From contig JAHLVW010000019.1 of NCBI GenBank assembly GCA_019058275.1, forward strand, positions 1-46,628: a stretch of DNA of 46,628 nt, given 5' to 3'. Below, piece after piece: positions 9,538-19,011 of this stretch. The notes below the pieces were generated by a model. It searched no databases and was not told where the DNA came from. It was given only the letters and a program-made list of their open reading frames with translations. The position numbers and the translations under genes are program-made. Each line of letters starts with the position of its first letter. Within the stretch, counting starts at the first letter, position 1. This DNA comes from Candidatus Heimdallarchaeota archaeon. GTDB taxonomy: Archaea; Asgardarchaeota; Heimdallarchaeia; JABLTI01.

Positions 9538-10068
9538 ATGAAGAAACCTACTATCTTAAAAGGAAAAGCAATTGTTGTGAGAAATGATAAGAATGAACCA
9601 ATTGATGATATTGACACTGATATGATTTTCCACAATAAATATCTTCATATCACAGATATCAACGAAATGGGTCAATATGCGTTTGATAATCTTGATGACT
9701 GGAAGGATTTCGCCAAAAAAACAAAGAAGGGTACCATATTGATTCTTGGTGCTAATTTTGGTTCTGGTTCTTCGAGACAACAAGCAGTTGATTGTTTTAC
9801 AGCTCTGGGTGTTCAAGCATTAATAGCAAAATCCTATGGTGCAATTTACAAACGTAACGCAATAAATGCTGGTATGCCACTATTATTAGCTGACATAATT
9901 GATAGCACATCAGATATCATATCAGGTGATGAAATCGAAGTTAATCTCGAGACTGGATTAATTAAAAATATTACAAAAAAGAAGGATTATCAAGCAAAGG
10001 GTATGTCTAAGGTACAAATGGATATTTATCTAGTGGGTAATCTATTCGATTATGCGAAAGGTATGTGA
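9538..10068 (+). CDS. Aconitase-family hydratase small subunit (LeuD/HacB-like)
   Basis: DIDTDMI, NFGSGSSRQQA, IYKRNAINAG; GGAGG SD upstream. Confidence 0.88.
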   Translation: MKKPTILKGKAIVVRNDKNEPIDDIDTDMIFHNKYLHITDINEMGQYAFDNLDDWKDFAKKTKKGTILILGANFGSGSSRQQAVDCFTALGVQALIAKSYGAIYKRNAINAGMPLLLADIIDSTSDIISGDEIEVNLETGLIKNITKKKDYQAKGMSKVQMDIYLVGNLFDYAKGM

Positions 10069-10143
10069 TACCTTTCCTTTCTCCTCTTTGATAAAACAGA
10101 AATAGTACAATACATATTGTAAGTTAGATAAGCTAGCTGGGGT

Positions 10144-10485
10144 ATGCAAATGTCTGAATTAGATAAAAAATTACAATTAATAGAAGATAGGATGAAGGAA
10201 CGTCTTTCATCTAGTAAGGATGTAACATTATTAAGAACTTTAATGGAAACATTGATTGATATCCGAGAAGCATTTGAGGAATTCAATAAGTTTTTCAAAA
10301 TTGACATTAATTTAGAAGAATTAGAGGCGTTTCAACCTAAAGAGTTAGAATATTCAGGTGAATGGACAAACTCGCTAATAAAAATCTGTGAAGTTCTAAT
10401 AGACTTATATGATAAAATTGAGAAAAAAGAACTTGCAGAGAAATGGAAGAAAAAATTAGCTGATTTAAAGAATATTACTAATTAG
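10144..10485 (+). CDS. Hypothetical helical protein
   Basis: 113-aa ORF that fills the intergenic space and has host-like codon usage. Confidence 0.6.
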   Translation: MQMSELDKKLQLIEDRMKERLSSSKDVTLLRTLMETLIDIREAFEEFNKFFKIDINLEELEAFQPKELEYSGEWTNSLIKICEVLIDLYDKIEKKELAEKWKKKLADLKNITN

Positions 10486-10505
10486 GTTTTCCATTTTCAT
10501 TAATT

Positions 10506-10934
10506 TTATTCATCATTATTTTGATTATCTTCAGTCTCAATTGGTTCATCGACATAAACAACCATAGTTTGTTCAGCTTCTTCAGAAGCAAGATGTTTTT
10601 CATCTTCTTTTTTCTTCTCTGGAAACTTGTGAATCCAACCAAAATAAATACCTAAACCTAGGAAAGCTAATCCAAATACAATTAGTATTGTTAGAAGTGT
10701 ATCATTAATTAAAAATTCATTTGTAACAAGATCACGTTGAAAAGGTGTTATAGCTGTGAAGGAGCTGATTACTAAGTATCCAAGAACTGCTACAAATAGA
10801 ATCATGAATGTAAAACCATAAGCATTCATGTTTACTGTAAGATCAATTTTGTCTTTGTCTTCTTCTATAATAGGTTCTAAAGAGCTCTCTTCTTCCTCTT
10901 CTGATTGATCTATTATTTCTTCTTTTGATTCCAT
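10506..10934 (-). CDS. Hypothetical two-TM membrane protein with acidic termini
   Basis: Two hydrophobic segments flanked by E/D-rich tails. Start placed at MESKEE (alternative start 10961). Confidence 0.65.
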   Translation of the reverse strand: MESKEEIIDQSEEEEESSLEPIIEEDKDKIDLTVNMNAYGFTFMILFVAVLGYLVISSFTAITPFQRDLVTNEFLINDTLLTILIVFGLAFLGLGIYFGWIHKFPEKKKEDEKHLASEEAEQTMVVYVDEPIETEDNQNNDE

Positions 10935-11062
10935 TTCTTGAAAACCAACCCAGATTTTCATTCAATTTAGATTGAAAATCATTGAATTATTAATTTTTAT
11001 ATGGTTTCTTTAAAAAGATATATTTTTCAATTTTTGCTTAAAGGTTTAAAGTTCAGATAAAG

Positions 11063-11764
11063 TTGATTAGCATGCATACCAAAAAAGGATTCCAGAAGAA
11101 GATTGAGAAAATAATCAAAGATAAATATTCCAATTGGGAAGAAAAATCAATCATTATAGATAAATGGATGAAGAAAGAGGAAAATAGTGAAGAGTATTTC
11201 ATAGATTTAGTATTAAAACATAGAAATCCAAAAATTCGAAAGGGTGTTGCATCAATTCTTTTTTATTTAGATTATCCAGTAATTGCTGAGCAATTAGTAG
11301 GTAGAATTCTTATTGAACCTGATTGGACTGTTAGATATGCGCTTTCTAAAGCATGTGCTAACCATCTTGGTAAAGATGCTGTTGAAAATCTGAATCAGTT
11401 TTATTATCAATTACTAGCACAAAGTGACGATAACCGTAAATATCAATTACGAAAAATCTTTGCTGAGAATCTTGGTATTATGGGATTAAAGGAAGGTATA
11501 CCAAATTTGGTTTTACAATTAAAAGAAGTTGGCAATCACAGGGATAAGTATTCTGTTGAGTTAATTATGCAAATCCTTTATTCATTAGGTGAAATAGGTG
11601 ATAAATCTGCAATTAATTTGCTGTTAAAATATTCTGCAAAGAACGTTTACTCAACAGAAGGCATTATCAACAGTGCATTGCATGCAATTGACAAAATCGC
11701 TAAACGATTAGGTTTCTCTTCTAAAAAAGCTCTTCTAGAAGACATAAACAGAAATCAAAATTAA
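11063..11764 (+). CDS. HEAT/PBS-lyase-like repeat protein
   Basis: RNPKIRKGVA, EPDWTVRYALSKA, AENLGIMG, LYSLGEIGDKSAI repeats. Confidence 0.8.
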   Translation: MISMHTKKGFQKKIEKIIKDKYSNWEEKSIIIDKWMKKEENSEEYFIDLVLKHRNPKIRKGVASILFYLDYPVIAEQLVGRILIEPDWTVRYALSKACANHLGKDAVENLNQFYYQLLAQSDDNRKYQLRKIFAENLGIMGLKEGIPNLVLQLKEVGNHRDKYSVELIMQILYSLGEIGDKSAINLLLKYSAKNVYSTEGIINSALHAIDKIAKRLGFSSKKALLEDINRNQN

Positions 11765-11873
11765 TTACTACAATAAACAAACTTATTAAGCAAAAAATTC
11801 GATAAAATAAGATATACTAGTTTCCAAGAGAAATCATAACTATTACTAATTATAATAAAGATGAGGGAATTCT

Positions 11874-13292
11874 TTGAATAGAGTGTTAGCAAAAGTTCAA
11901 TTTAAATTACATTTAACAAATATCTTGTTCTTTCTACTAAATTTTCTACATATCGCCATAGCTGCATCCACACAAATAGAACGAAAAGAAGATGGAATAT
12001 TACGTTTTAGAATTAATTTCTTCTCTACATTTAATAAATGGCATATAATACTTGCAGTGTGCCTTTTTCTCTTACAAATCATTATTTCCTATATTATACT
12101 GTTTCAAAGATTTAGAAGAGCAGAATTAACACTAATTACCGAATTGGGTATTGAGGGAAATAACAATGTCAATATTACCAAGAATCTAAGGATTGATCCT
12201 AAACTAATCTATAAATGGGTTCATGAAGAAGCAGAAAAGCACCAGATAAAAACAATAAAACGTATTTATTTAACAGATACAAGCATTCCAAATGCTATGA
12301 CTATTGATATTATTCCTATTCCATTTATCAGAAGCTCTTGGATTGTTTTAGATGCAAATGTTCTTGAAATATTAGATGAAAGGGAAATTAAAGCAGTAAT
12401 TTCACATGAGCTAGGACATGTAAAATACCTTGATGGTATAGTAAACATCTTTAGGTATGGAACTAACTATTTTGTATTTATTGCATACTTGCTATTTCTG
12501 TTAGAAATGCTAGCTTATATTTCAGCTGATTTAATTTCCACCGAATCTCTAAATGCACAAAACATCTTCTTGCGAATTGGTTACTTTTTGGTTATCATTT
12601 TGATTTTATGGGTACTCACGCTTATTAACAATATAATTATGAATTACTCAAGAAGACAGTCAGAATTAATGGCTGATTATTATGCAGCAAAAAGCAATGG
12701 TAGAAATCATATAATAAATGCACTAATTCTTCTCGGTCAAAGATTAGATGTAATTTCAGCTTTTGGAACTGAGTTTAGATGGTTAGGGAGTAGAGAAAAT
12801 AAGAAAGACGTTAGTCGAGAGTTCTTACAAGGAATAAAAGATTTACCAGCACATGAATTATCTAAGGATATTTCAAGAGAAAAAGCAGTACTAATCTATG
12901 TTAGACAGCGTCTAAAAAATATGAAAGAGGATTTATTCTTACCATTTAGTGATGAGCAAATTGAAGAGCTAACAACTAAAGCAGGTGAAAAACTCTTAAA
13001 ATTAAGAGAAGAGCAAATTGGGAAAGGTTTTGTCAATGATCGCAAGATACAATCTGAATTATCAAAACTAACTATTGATTGGCTAATTGCTGATAAAGAT
13101 AAAAATCTATACTTGAGTGAAGTGGAAATTGACCAGCTAATTAAAGATATTGTCAGCAATCCTAACAAAGAATTATTTGAACATGATTTATATCAAAGAA
13201 GATCCGTTTTTGGTAAAGATCATCCATCGATGAGAAACAGAATAATCTTCCTTTACTATGCCCTTCCTAAAGAAAACAGTTCTATTGAATAA
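11874..13292 (+). CDS. M48 family (HtpX-like) membrane zinc protease with a large C-terminal insertion
   Basis: IPNA, EIKAVISHELGH (HExxH), SRRQSELMAD (third Zn ligand), C-terminal HPSMRNRI; multiple TM helices. Confidence 0.88.
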   Translation: MNRVLAKVQFKLHLTNILFFLLNFLHIAIAASTQIERKEDGILRFRINFFSTFNKWHIILAVCLFLLQIIISYIILFQRFRRAELTLITELGIEGNNNVNITKNLRIDPKLIYKWVHEEAEKHQIKTIKRIYLTDTSIPNAMTIDIIPIPFIRSSWIVLDANVLEILDEREIKAVISHELGHVKYLDGIVNIFRYGTNYFVFIAYLLFLLEMLAYISADLISTESLNAQNIFLRIGYFLVIILILWVLTLINNIIMNYSRRQSELMADYYAAKSNGRNHIINALILLGQRLDVISAFGTEFRWLGSRENKKDVSREFLQGIKDLPAHELSKDISREKAVLIYVRQRLKNMKEDLFLPFSDEQIEELTTKAGEKLLKLREEQIGKGFVNDRKIQSELSKLTIDWLIADKDKNLYLSEVEIDQLIKDIVSNPNKELFEHDLYQRRSVFGKDHPSMRNRIIFLYYALPKENSSIE

Positions 13293-13406
13293 TTACTGTT
13301 AGATTACTTTCAGTTTACTCCTTACAAGCTGATTATTAATTATTTGATACAGAATTATAGCAAATCGATTAGTTGATTTTTTACATTGATTTTTGGAAGC
13401 ATTAAA

Positions 13407-13673
13407 ATGGCATCTAAAACACAACTAAAGAATTACCAAATAAATAGATCACAATACAAAACAAATGATCAAAAAAAGAATTATTGTAACGATTGCCTTT
13501 ATCATTGGTGTAAAAACCGCACAAAAGTAACTTTCTGCACTATGAAATCTAAGGGTTTATTTGAATGTAAAAGTTGTATGCTAATAATTATTGGAAGTTG
13601 TGAAAAAGAATTTCTGTATACAGATGAAAAAATAATTGAGAAAGCTGAAATAATTTCAGTAACGACTAACTAA
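13407..13673 (+). CDS. Small Cys-rich protein
   Basis: 88 aa with CNDC-x4-C-x8-C-x9-CKSC-x7-C. Confidence 0.55.
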   Translation: MASKTQLKNYQINRSQYKTNDQKKNYCNDCLYHWCKNRTKVTFCTMKSKGLFECKSCMLIIIGSCEKEFLYTDEKIIEKAEIISVTTN

Positions 13674-13745
13674 ACTAATCAATTTTTCTCAAGTGTACAA
13701 TCCTATCGACAATAATTGAATGTGCAGTTTTCAAAAAGAATTTAA

Positions 13746-14219
13746 TTGTGTTCACTTAAAATTGCTAAAAGAACTTTGTCGCGGAGATTGCCCTTGGAAA
13801 TAAACATTCAATTTTACTACTGGCATGAAGTGATGGGTCCATTAGCAATTTATGATGATGGTAAACTTAAAATGACTAATGAAGATATCCTCATGTTATT
13901 TAGTACAGTGGAATTATATTCTTGTTCAACAGAATCATCAATTAATGGTCCTAGCTACAAAGATGATAAAATTTTAATGACGTACAATCGATGTGTGAAC
14001 AATCCAGAAGCATCTGATGAACGATTAAGGTTAATGGGAACTGATTGTTGGGTAATTATATCAACAAAGAAAGAATATGAAGTCATTTTGATTAGCAATA
14101 TTGAAATTGTGAAGACTATCCTTGATATAGAATTTGAAACAATAGAGGAAATTGTTCAACTTAATCCTGATATGGGTGAAAGAGCAGCATATGCTATAAG
14201 AGAAGTTTTCAATAAATAA
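13746..14219 (+). CDS. Hypothetical protein, possible longin/uDENN-like fold
   Basis: FYYWHEVMGP at the N terminus and ASDERL downstream. Probable TTG start at 13794 after GGAG. Confidence 0.5.
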   Translation: MCSLKIAKRTLSRRLPLEINIQFYYWHEVMGPLAIYDDGKLKMTNEDILMLFSTVELYSCSTESSINGPSYKDDKILMTYNRCVNNPEASDERLRLMGTDCWVIISTKKEYEVILISNIEIVKTILDIEFETIEEIVQLNPDMGERAAYAIREVFNK

Positions 14220-14418
14220 GCCTAAAATAATGTTCTTTTTTTCTTCCATAGTTATAATAATAATTATAACATTCAAACTAATTTTAATAAAAAAGAATTG
14301 AGTCAAAAATAGATACTGATTCAAAGAAATGATTACTAATGGTCATTGGTTACCATCTCAAACTAATAATATGACCATTAATTATCAAATACAATTCACT
14401 AGAAAAATGGTGAGAAAT

Positions 14419-15840
14419 TTGTTTGATATACTTCGATATGGACTTGATGTTAGCGAAAAATTAGGAGCAGATTACATTGAAGCTAGATTAGACGATTTGC
14501 AATTGCGAACATTAGTTAAGGAAAACCAAAAAATCAAAGAAACAAATCTAAACCGTCGAAGAGGAATAGGTATTGTTGCTTATTTTAAGGGTGTTCCAGG
14601 CTATTCATATACAGCAAATGTTGATCGTAATGCTGTAAAGGCTTGTGTCGAAAATGCATTGGGCATTGCAAAAGCTTCTGCAGATATAGCTAGCATAAAA
14701 CTCGATTTTAATCGAAGAGAAAAATCGACCAAAATTCACAATCTAAAATTAACTGTAAACAAACATCCAAAGGATTTTGAATTGGATTATAAGTTAGATA
14801 TACTAGATCGAGTAGAACAAGCTTCATTAAAAGATGTAGATTGGATAAAATCTACAAGAGCTCGTTATGGTGAATTTTACGGTAACAAATATTTCATGAA
14901 CACAGATGGTGATGAAATATCTTGGGAACCATTGGTAGTAGATTTACGTATAAGTGTAACCGCAACTGGAACAGGAGATACACTCGTAAGAGGTGTTAAT
15001 GGCAAAGGTGGTTCCAAAGGTTTGGAATTATTTGAGAAAAAGGACTCAACTCCAGAATTTTTGGGAGAAAAGGTTCATGAATGGGCAGATGAACAAAGAG
15101 AAGCAAAAGCTTCTCCTGCTGGAAACTTCAGAGCATTAATAGATAATCGTCTTGGAGGAGTTCTTGCTCATGAATCCTTTGGGCATTGTACAGAAGCTGA
15201 TTTTATAATCACAAATAGCTCAGCTTTGAAAGGACGACTTAATGAGCAAATAGGAACAGAAATGGTTAATATCTATGATGTAGGAACTCCAAGCAAGAAA
15301 TACAATGGTTTTTGGCTTCCATATGACGACGAAGGAACCAAAACAGCAAAAACACAATTAGTTAAGAACGGAATTTTAACTGGTTATTTACATAACCGTG
15401 CTTCATCAAAAATGTTTAAGCAAAAACCATCCGGAAATGCTCGTGCAATTAATTATCGGTTTAATCCTATCCCAAGAATGAAAAATACTTATTTTGGTTC
15501 TGGCGATTTAACCGAGGAAGAAGCTATCGAACAGTTAAAAGAAGGAATATATGCATTACAAACTTCTGGTGGGCAAGTAGATCCAAGTCAAGGAACATTC
15601 TTGTTCAAAGCTGTTAAAGGATATTGGATTGAAAATGGAGAAATCAAATATCCAATAAAAGATGTAACCATAAAAGGTGACCTTCTATCTTTCTTGAAGA
15701 GTGTAGAAAATGCAACGAAAGACCTAGAAATATCAAGTGGGTACTTCGGTGGATGCGGTAAGGGGGGACAATTCCCATTACCAACTGGTGTTGGTGCACC
15801 TAAACTACTTCTATCTGAAGCAACTTTTGGAGGAGAATAA
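14419..15840 (+). CDS. tldD: TldD family metalloprotease subunit
   Basis: LAHESFGH, YDDEG, GNARA...PIPRMKNT, C-terminal GCGKGGQ. Probable TTG start at 14419 after GGTGAG. Confidence 0.92.
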   Translation: MFDILRYGLDVSEKLGADYIEARLDDLQLRTLVKENQKIKETNLNRRRGIGIVAYFKGVPGYSYTANVDRNAVKACVENALGIAKASADIASIKLDFNRREKSTKIHNLKLTVNKHPKDFELDYKLDILDRVEQASLKDVDWIKSTRARYGEFYGNKYFMNTDGDEISWEPLVVDLRISVTATGTGDTLVRGVNGKGGSKGLELFEKKDSTPEFLGEKVHEWADEQREAKASPAGNFRALIDNRLGGVLAHESFGHCTEADFIITNSSALKGRLNEQIGTEMVNIYDVGTPSKKYNGFWLPYDDEGTKTAKTQLVKNGILTGYLHNRASSKMFKQKPSGNARAINYRFNPIPRMKNTYFGSGDLTEEEAIEQLKEGIYALQTSGGQVDPSQGTFLFKAVKGYWIENGEIKYPIKDVTIKGDLLSFLKSVENATKDLEISSGYFGGCGKGGQFPLPTGVGAPKLLLSEATFGGE

Positions 15841-15841
15841 A

Positions 15842-17203
15842 ATGAAATTTGATACTTTGAAAGATGATTTATTATCATTAGCTGATACTGGTTTGAAGTA
15901 TGCTAAGAACCAAGGTGCTGAACAAGCAGAGATCTTTGTTAGTAGTCAGCATTCCTCAGATATTCAGAATCAACAAGGTATGGTTGATGCTAAAGATGGT
16001 TCAAATGACGGCGTAGGAGTTCGTGTTGCAATAGGTAAAAAACTCGGTTTTGCAGCTATGAGTGGTTTAACAAAAGACTCAGTAAAACATGCTGTCTCTG
16101 AAGCATTATCAGTAGTTAAATCTGTAAAAGAGGAGAATGTTGATTTCGAAAGTTTTGTAAGCAAGAGTCCTATTGCTAAAGATGGTATTCTTGATGATAA
16201 AATTATTACTCTAACAACTGAAGAGCTTGTTTCCGAAACCAACAAGCTATTCTTGGATGCAAAGAATTTTGATGAGAAAATTATCTCTGCTTCTGGTCAA
16301 ACACAAGCTTCCTATGGTGGATATGCAATTGTTAATTCAGAAGGAATGTCTGGTGCAAGCCTTTACACATACTTAGTTTATATTACATTTGTAACTGCTG
16401 CTCTTGAACAAAAACGAAAAAGCTCTTTTGAGTTCTCAGTAACAAGAACAATACCTGAAGAGCTGAGCCTTGGTAGAGACTGTGCAGAAAAAGCCATTAA
16501 GCTACTAGATTCAAAACCTTTAGGTTTCACAGGACCATTGCCAACTGTTTGGAACCAAAATGTAATGTCAGACTATTGGCGAATGTCTTTTGCTAATTCA
16601 ATTAATGGTCGACAAGTTGTAGAAAAGAACAGTTACTTTATGGATAAACTCGGTGATAAAGTAGGAATTGATGGACTAACAATAACTGACGATGGACAAC
16701 TACCAGAAGGTCTTAACACCAATTGTATTGATTTAGAAGGAGTTCCAAGAAGAACTACCACTGTAATCGATAAAGGTGTTTTACGTTCTTTCCTATATGA
16801 TAGCTATTATGGACGACTTGGAAAAGCAGAAAGCACTGGTAATGCAGGTCGTGGACAAGACTATGAATCAACTCCCGGCATTTCTCAAACAACAATAGTA
16901 ATTCAACCTGGTAACAAAAATTTCGATGATATCGTTGCTGGAATTGACAAAGGAATCTTAGTTATGGATAATGTAATGGGTATGGGTCATTCAAACCTAA
17001 TATCTGGTGACTTTTCAGTTGTAGCAAATTCTGCTTACCTAATTGAAAAAGGTGAAATTGCTTATCCTCTAGATTCTATTACTATCGCAGGAAACTTGTA
17101 CAAAAGCTTCTTAAGTATATTAGAAATCGGTTCTGATAGTAAATTACTCCCAACTGTAAAGACACCAACGATTGCATTTGATGGTTTTACTGTTGTGGGT
17201 TAA
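15842..17203 (+). CDS. pmbA: PmbA/TldE family partner subunit
   Basis: GVGVRV, DLEGVP, STGNAGR, SGDFS; lacks HExxGH; directly follows tldD. Confidence 0.9.
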   Translation: MKFDTLKDDLLSLADTGLKYAKNQGAEQAEIFVSSQHSSDIQNQQGMVDAKDGSNDGVGVRVAIGKKLGFAAMSGLTKDSVKHAVSEALSVVKSVKEENVDFESFVSKSPIAKDGILDDKIITLTTEELVSETNKLFLDAKNFDEKIISASGQTQASYGGYAIVNSEGMSGASLYTYLVYITFVTAALEQKRKSSFEFSVTRTIPEELSLGRDCAEKAIKLLDSKPLGFTGPLPTVWNQNVMSDYWRMSFANSINGRQVVEKNSYFMDKLGDKVGIDGLTITDDGQLPEGLNTNCIDLEGVPRRTTTVIDKGVLRSFLYDSYYGRLGKAESTGNAGRGQDYESTPGISQTTIVIQPGNKNFDDIVAGIDKGILVMDNVMGMGHSNLISGDFSVVANSAYLIEKGEIAYPLDSITIAGNLYKSFLSILEIGSDSKLLPTVKTPTIAFDGFTVVG

Positions 17204-17209
17204 AATAAA

Positions 17210-17230
17210 ATCTCAGTTTTAAACTGAGAT
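17210..17230. terminator. Inverted repeat between convergent genes (possible bidirectional terminator)
   Basis: ATCTCAGTTT-T-AAACTGAGAT, perfect 10-bp arms, followed by a T-tract. Confidence 0.55.
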
Positions 17231-17265
17231 ATCCTATTTTTTTTCTTTCATATTGAATGATTTGA

Positions 17266-18120
17266 TTAATAGTTAATATCATTCGTTTTGAGATTTAATT
17301 CTTCGAGAATTCTCTTGTTTTCATGTAGATATTTTAGGACTAATTGTGTTAAATGGTCTATGTCTATTTTTAGTTCTTTCACTTCGGATTTTAGATGATT
17401 TATTTCTAATTCAATAATATCTAATCTCCTTTCTAACAAGCTTGGACTAACTTTTGTTTTACCTGATTCAATGACAGTTACTTTTGGTTTTATTGCTGGT
17501 TTTGGTTGTTCCTTAACTGTTAATTTACTCTCAACTTGCTTAACCAATTTCTGAATCGTTGGTGAATTTTTGCTCGCAGAAATCAATAACTTCTCAGTTA
17601 TCTTTTTGAAAAGTAAATCAATATTTTCACCTGTTAAAGCACTTGTGTGAATATGTAGAATATCATGACCCATTTCTCTTGAAAGATCCGCAAGGAATTT
17701 CTTCAGTAAAGCATCATCTGATTTCTTATTATCTTGAAGATCGATTTTATTGCCGACCATAACGAATGTTTCCAAGGAACCATCTTCATTGTTCCTTTTT
17801 GCTTCGCTCACCCATTTTTGCATGTTCTTAAGGGTAGTGTTATTTGTGATATCATAAACTAAAATTGCTGCTTGTGCACCATTATAGAATGAAGAACGAA
17901 CTTTGTCAAATTTTGGCTGTCCAGCAAGATCAAAAATCTGATATTGTACTGTTAGGTTATTTGAGAGTTTTATCCTTTTAGTTGCAAAATCAGCACCTAT
18001 TGTGTAGATGTATTCTTTTATCGTAGTTTCCCCTAGGTATTTTCTTCTTATACTTGTTTTACCAACAGCTGGATCGCCTATAATAACAAGTTTCCAAATG
18101 AATTTAGCCAAATCTATCAT
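17266..18120 (-). CDS. Rab-like small GTPase with a C-terminal linker and coiled coil
   Basis: GDPAVGKTS, YTIGADF, QIFDLAGQPKF, FYNGAQAAILVYDIT, NKIDL, TSALTGENI; about 100-aa extension with heptad repeats. Confidence 0.9.
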   Translation of the reverse strand: MIDLAKFIWKLVIIGDPAVGKTSIRRKYLGETTIKEYIYTIGADFATKRIKLSNNLTVQYQIFDLAGQPKFDKVRSSFYNGAQAAILVYDITNNTTLKNMQKWVSEAKRNNEDGSLETFVMVGNKIDLQDNKKSDDALLKKFLADLSREMGHDILHIHTSALTGENIDLLFKKITEKLLISASKNSPTIQKLVKQVESKLTVKEQPKPAIKPKVTVIESGKTKVSPSLLERRLDIIELEINHLKSEVKELKIDIDHLTQLVLKYLHENKRILEELNLKTNDINY

Positions 18121-18139
18121 ATCCAATTACATTAATTAA

Positions 18140-18925
18140 TTAGAGATTTAGTAGTCCCTTTATTTCTTTGATTTTTTCATCTTTTGTCAAAATCTCTTTC
18201 CGTAAATTAGCTATAGTGCTCTTTTGTTGATTAACAGTTGTATTTAATTCTTTTAATTTTTCACCAACTTCTTTCAAAAGACGAGTTCTTTCATCAATAT
18301 GATATTTCATTTCCTTAATAACTTCGTCTTGATTCAAGTTTTCAGAAATTACAATGGGAGCTAATTGATTACTATCACTTCTAGAAGTCACATTTGTAGA
18401 AACTTGGTTTCCTTCCAATTGCTTTATTTTTCCTTCCAATTCTCTAATAGTTTCTTCGTTCTCATCAAGCTCGTCTTGCTTCTGCATAATCTTTTCTTCA
18501 AAACTTCGACCAAGCATCTGTTGAATTTCTATGTTTTCTTTTTCTTTTTTACCAGATATTTTCCTTAATGTTCGAAAATCTCTATCCCTAACCGATAATT
18601 CCTGTTCTAAGTTTGTTCTCTCTAAATCAAATGACCTTAATTTGTCATCTAAAACTTCTAATCTTTTCACTAATGCTTCTGTTGATTGTGGATCTAGTTC
18701 TTCTACATGGTTATTTTGCTTACGTGTAATAGTATAATACCATTCATAGAGAACATCTTGTATTAATGGATGTAAATTCTGCCAATTCATTACAAGAATG
18801 ACCCAAAAATGTGAACCAGGAATATCAGGATCAATTCTTTCTGAAGGAGGTCTTACACTTTCTGCGTTCCTTCTTTGATAACTTGTTAGAGTTTCCCAAA
18901 GAGTAGCCTTTTCAGTTGGATTCAT
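18140..18925 (-). CDS. Long coiled-coil protein with a small Trp-rich N-terminal domain
   Basis: Heptad-rich, E/K/Q-rich sequence from about residue 80 onward. GGTGA SD before MNPTEK. Confidence 0.75.
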   Translation of the reverse strand: MNPTEKATLWETLTSYQRRNAESVRPPSERIDPDIPGSHFWVILVMNWQNLHPLIQDVLYEWYYTITRKQNNHVEELDPQSTEALVKRLEVLDDKLRSFDLERTNLEQELSVRDRDFRTLRKISGKKEKENIEIQQMLGRSFEEKIMQKQDELDENEETIRELEGKIKQLEGNQVSTNVTSRSDSNQLAPIVISENLNQDEVIKEMKYHIDERTRLLKEVGEKLKELNTTVNQQKSTIANLRKEILTKDEKIKEIKGLLNL

Positions 18926-19011
18926 TAAAATCACCAATTCTTTACTTGTATTTTAGATAGTACAACAAATAGTCTTTAAATATTACTTTTTGTGTAAATT
19001 CTGACCCAATA

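Noticed and set aside
14329-15841. Long N-terminal extensions of tldD (from 14329) and pmbA (from 15737) in the ORF track
   Set aside because: Homology-like sequence and SD motifs point to starts at 14419 and 15842.
11874-17203. RiPP-like cluster (M48 protease + Cys-rich peptide + TldDE)
   Set aside because: No modifying enzyme (YcaO, radical SAM) or exporter is present, and tldD/pmbA pairs are ordinary in archaea.
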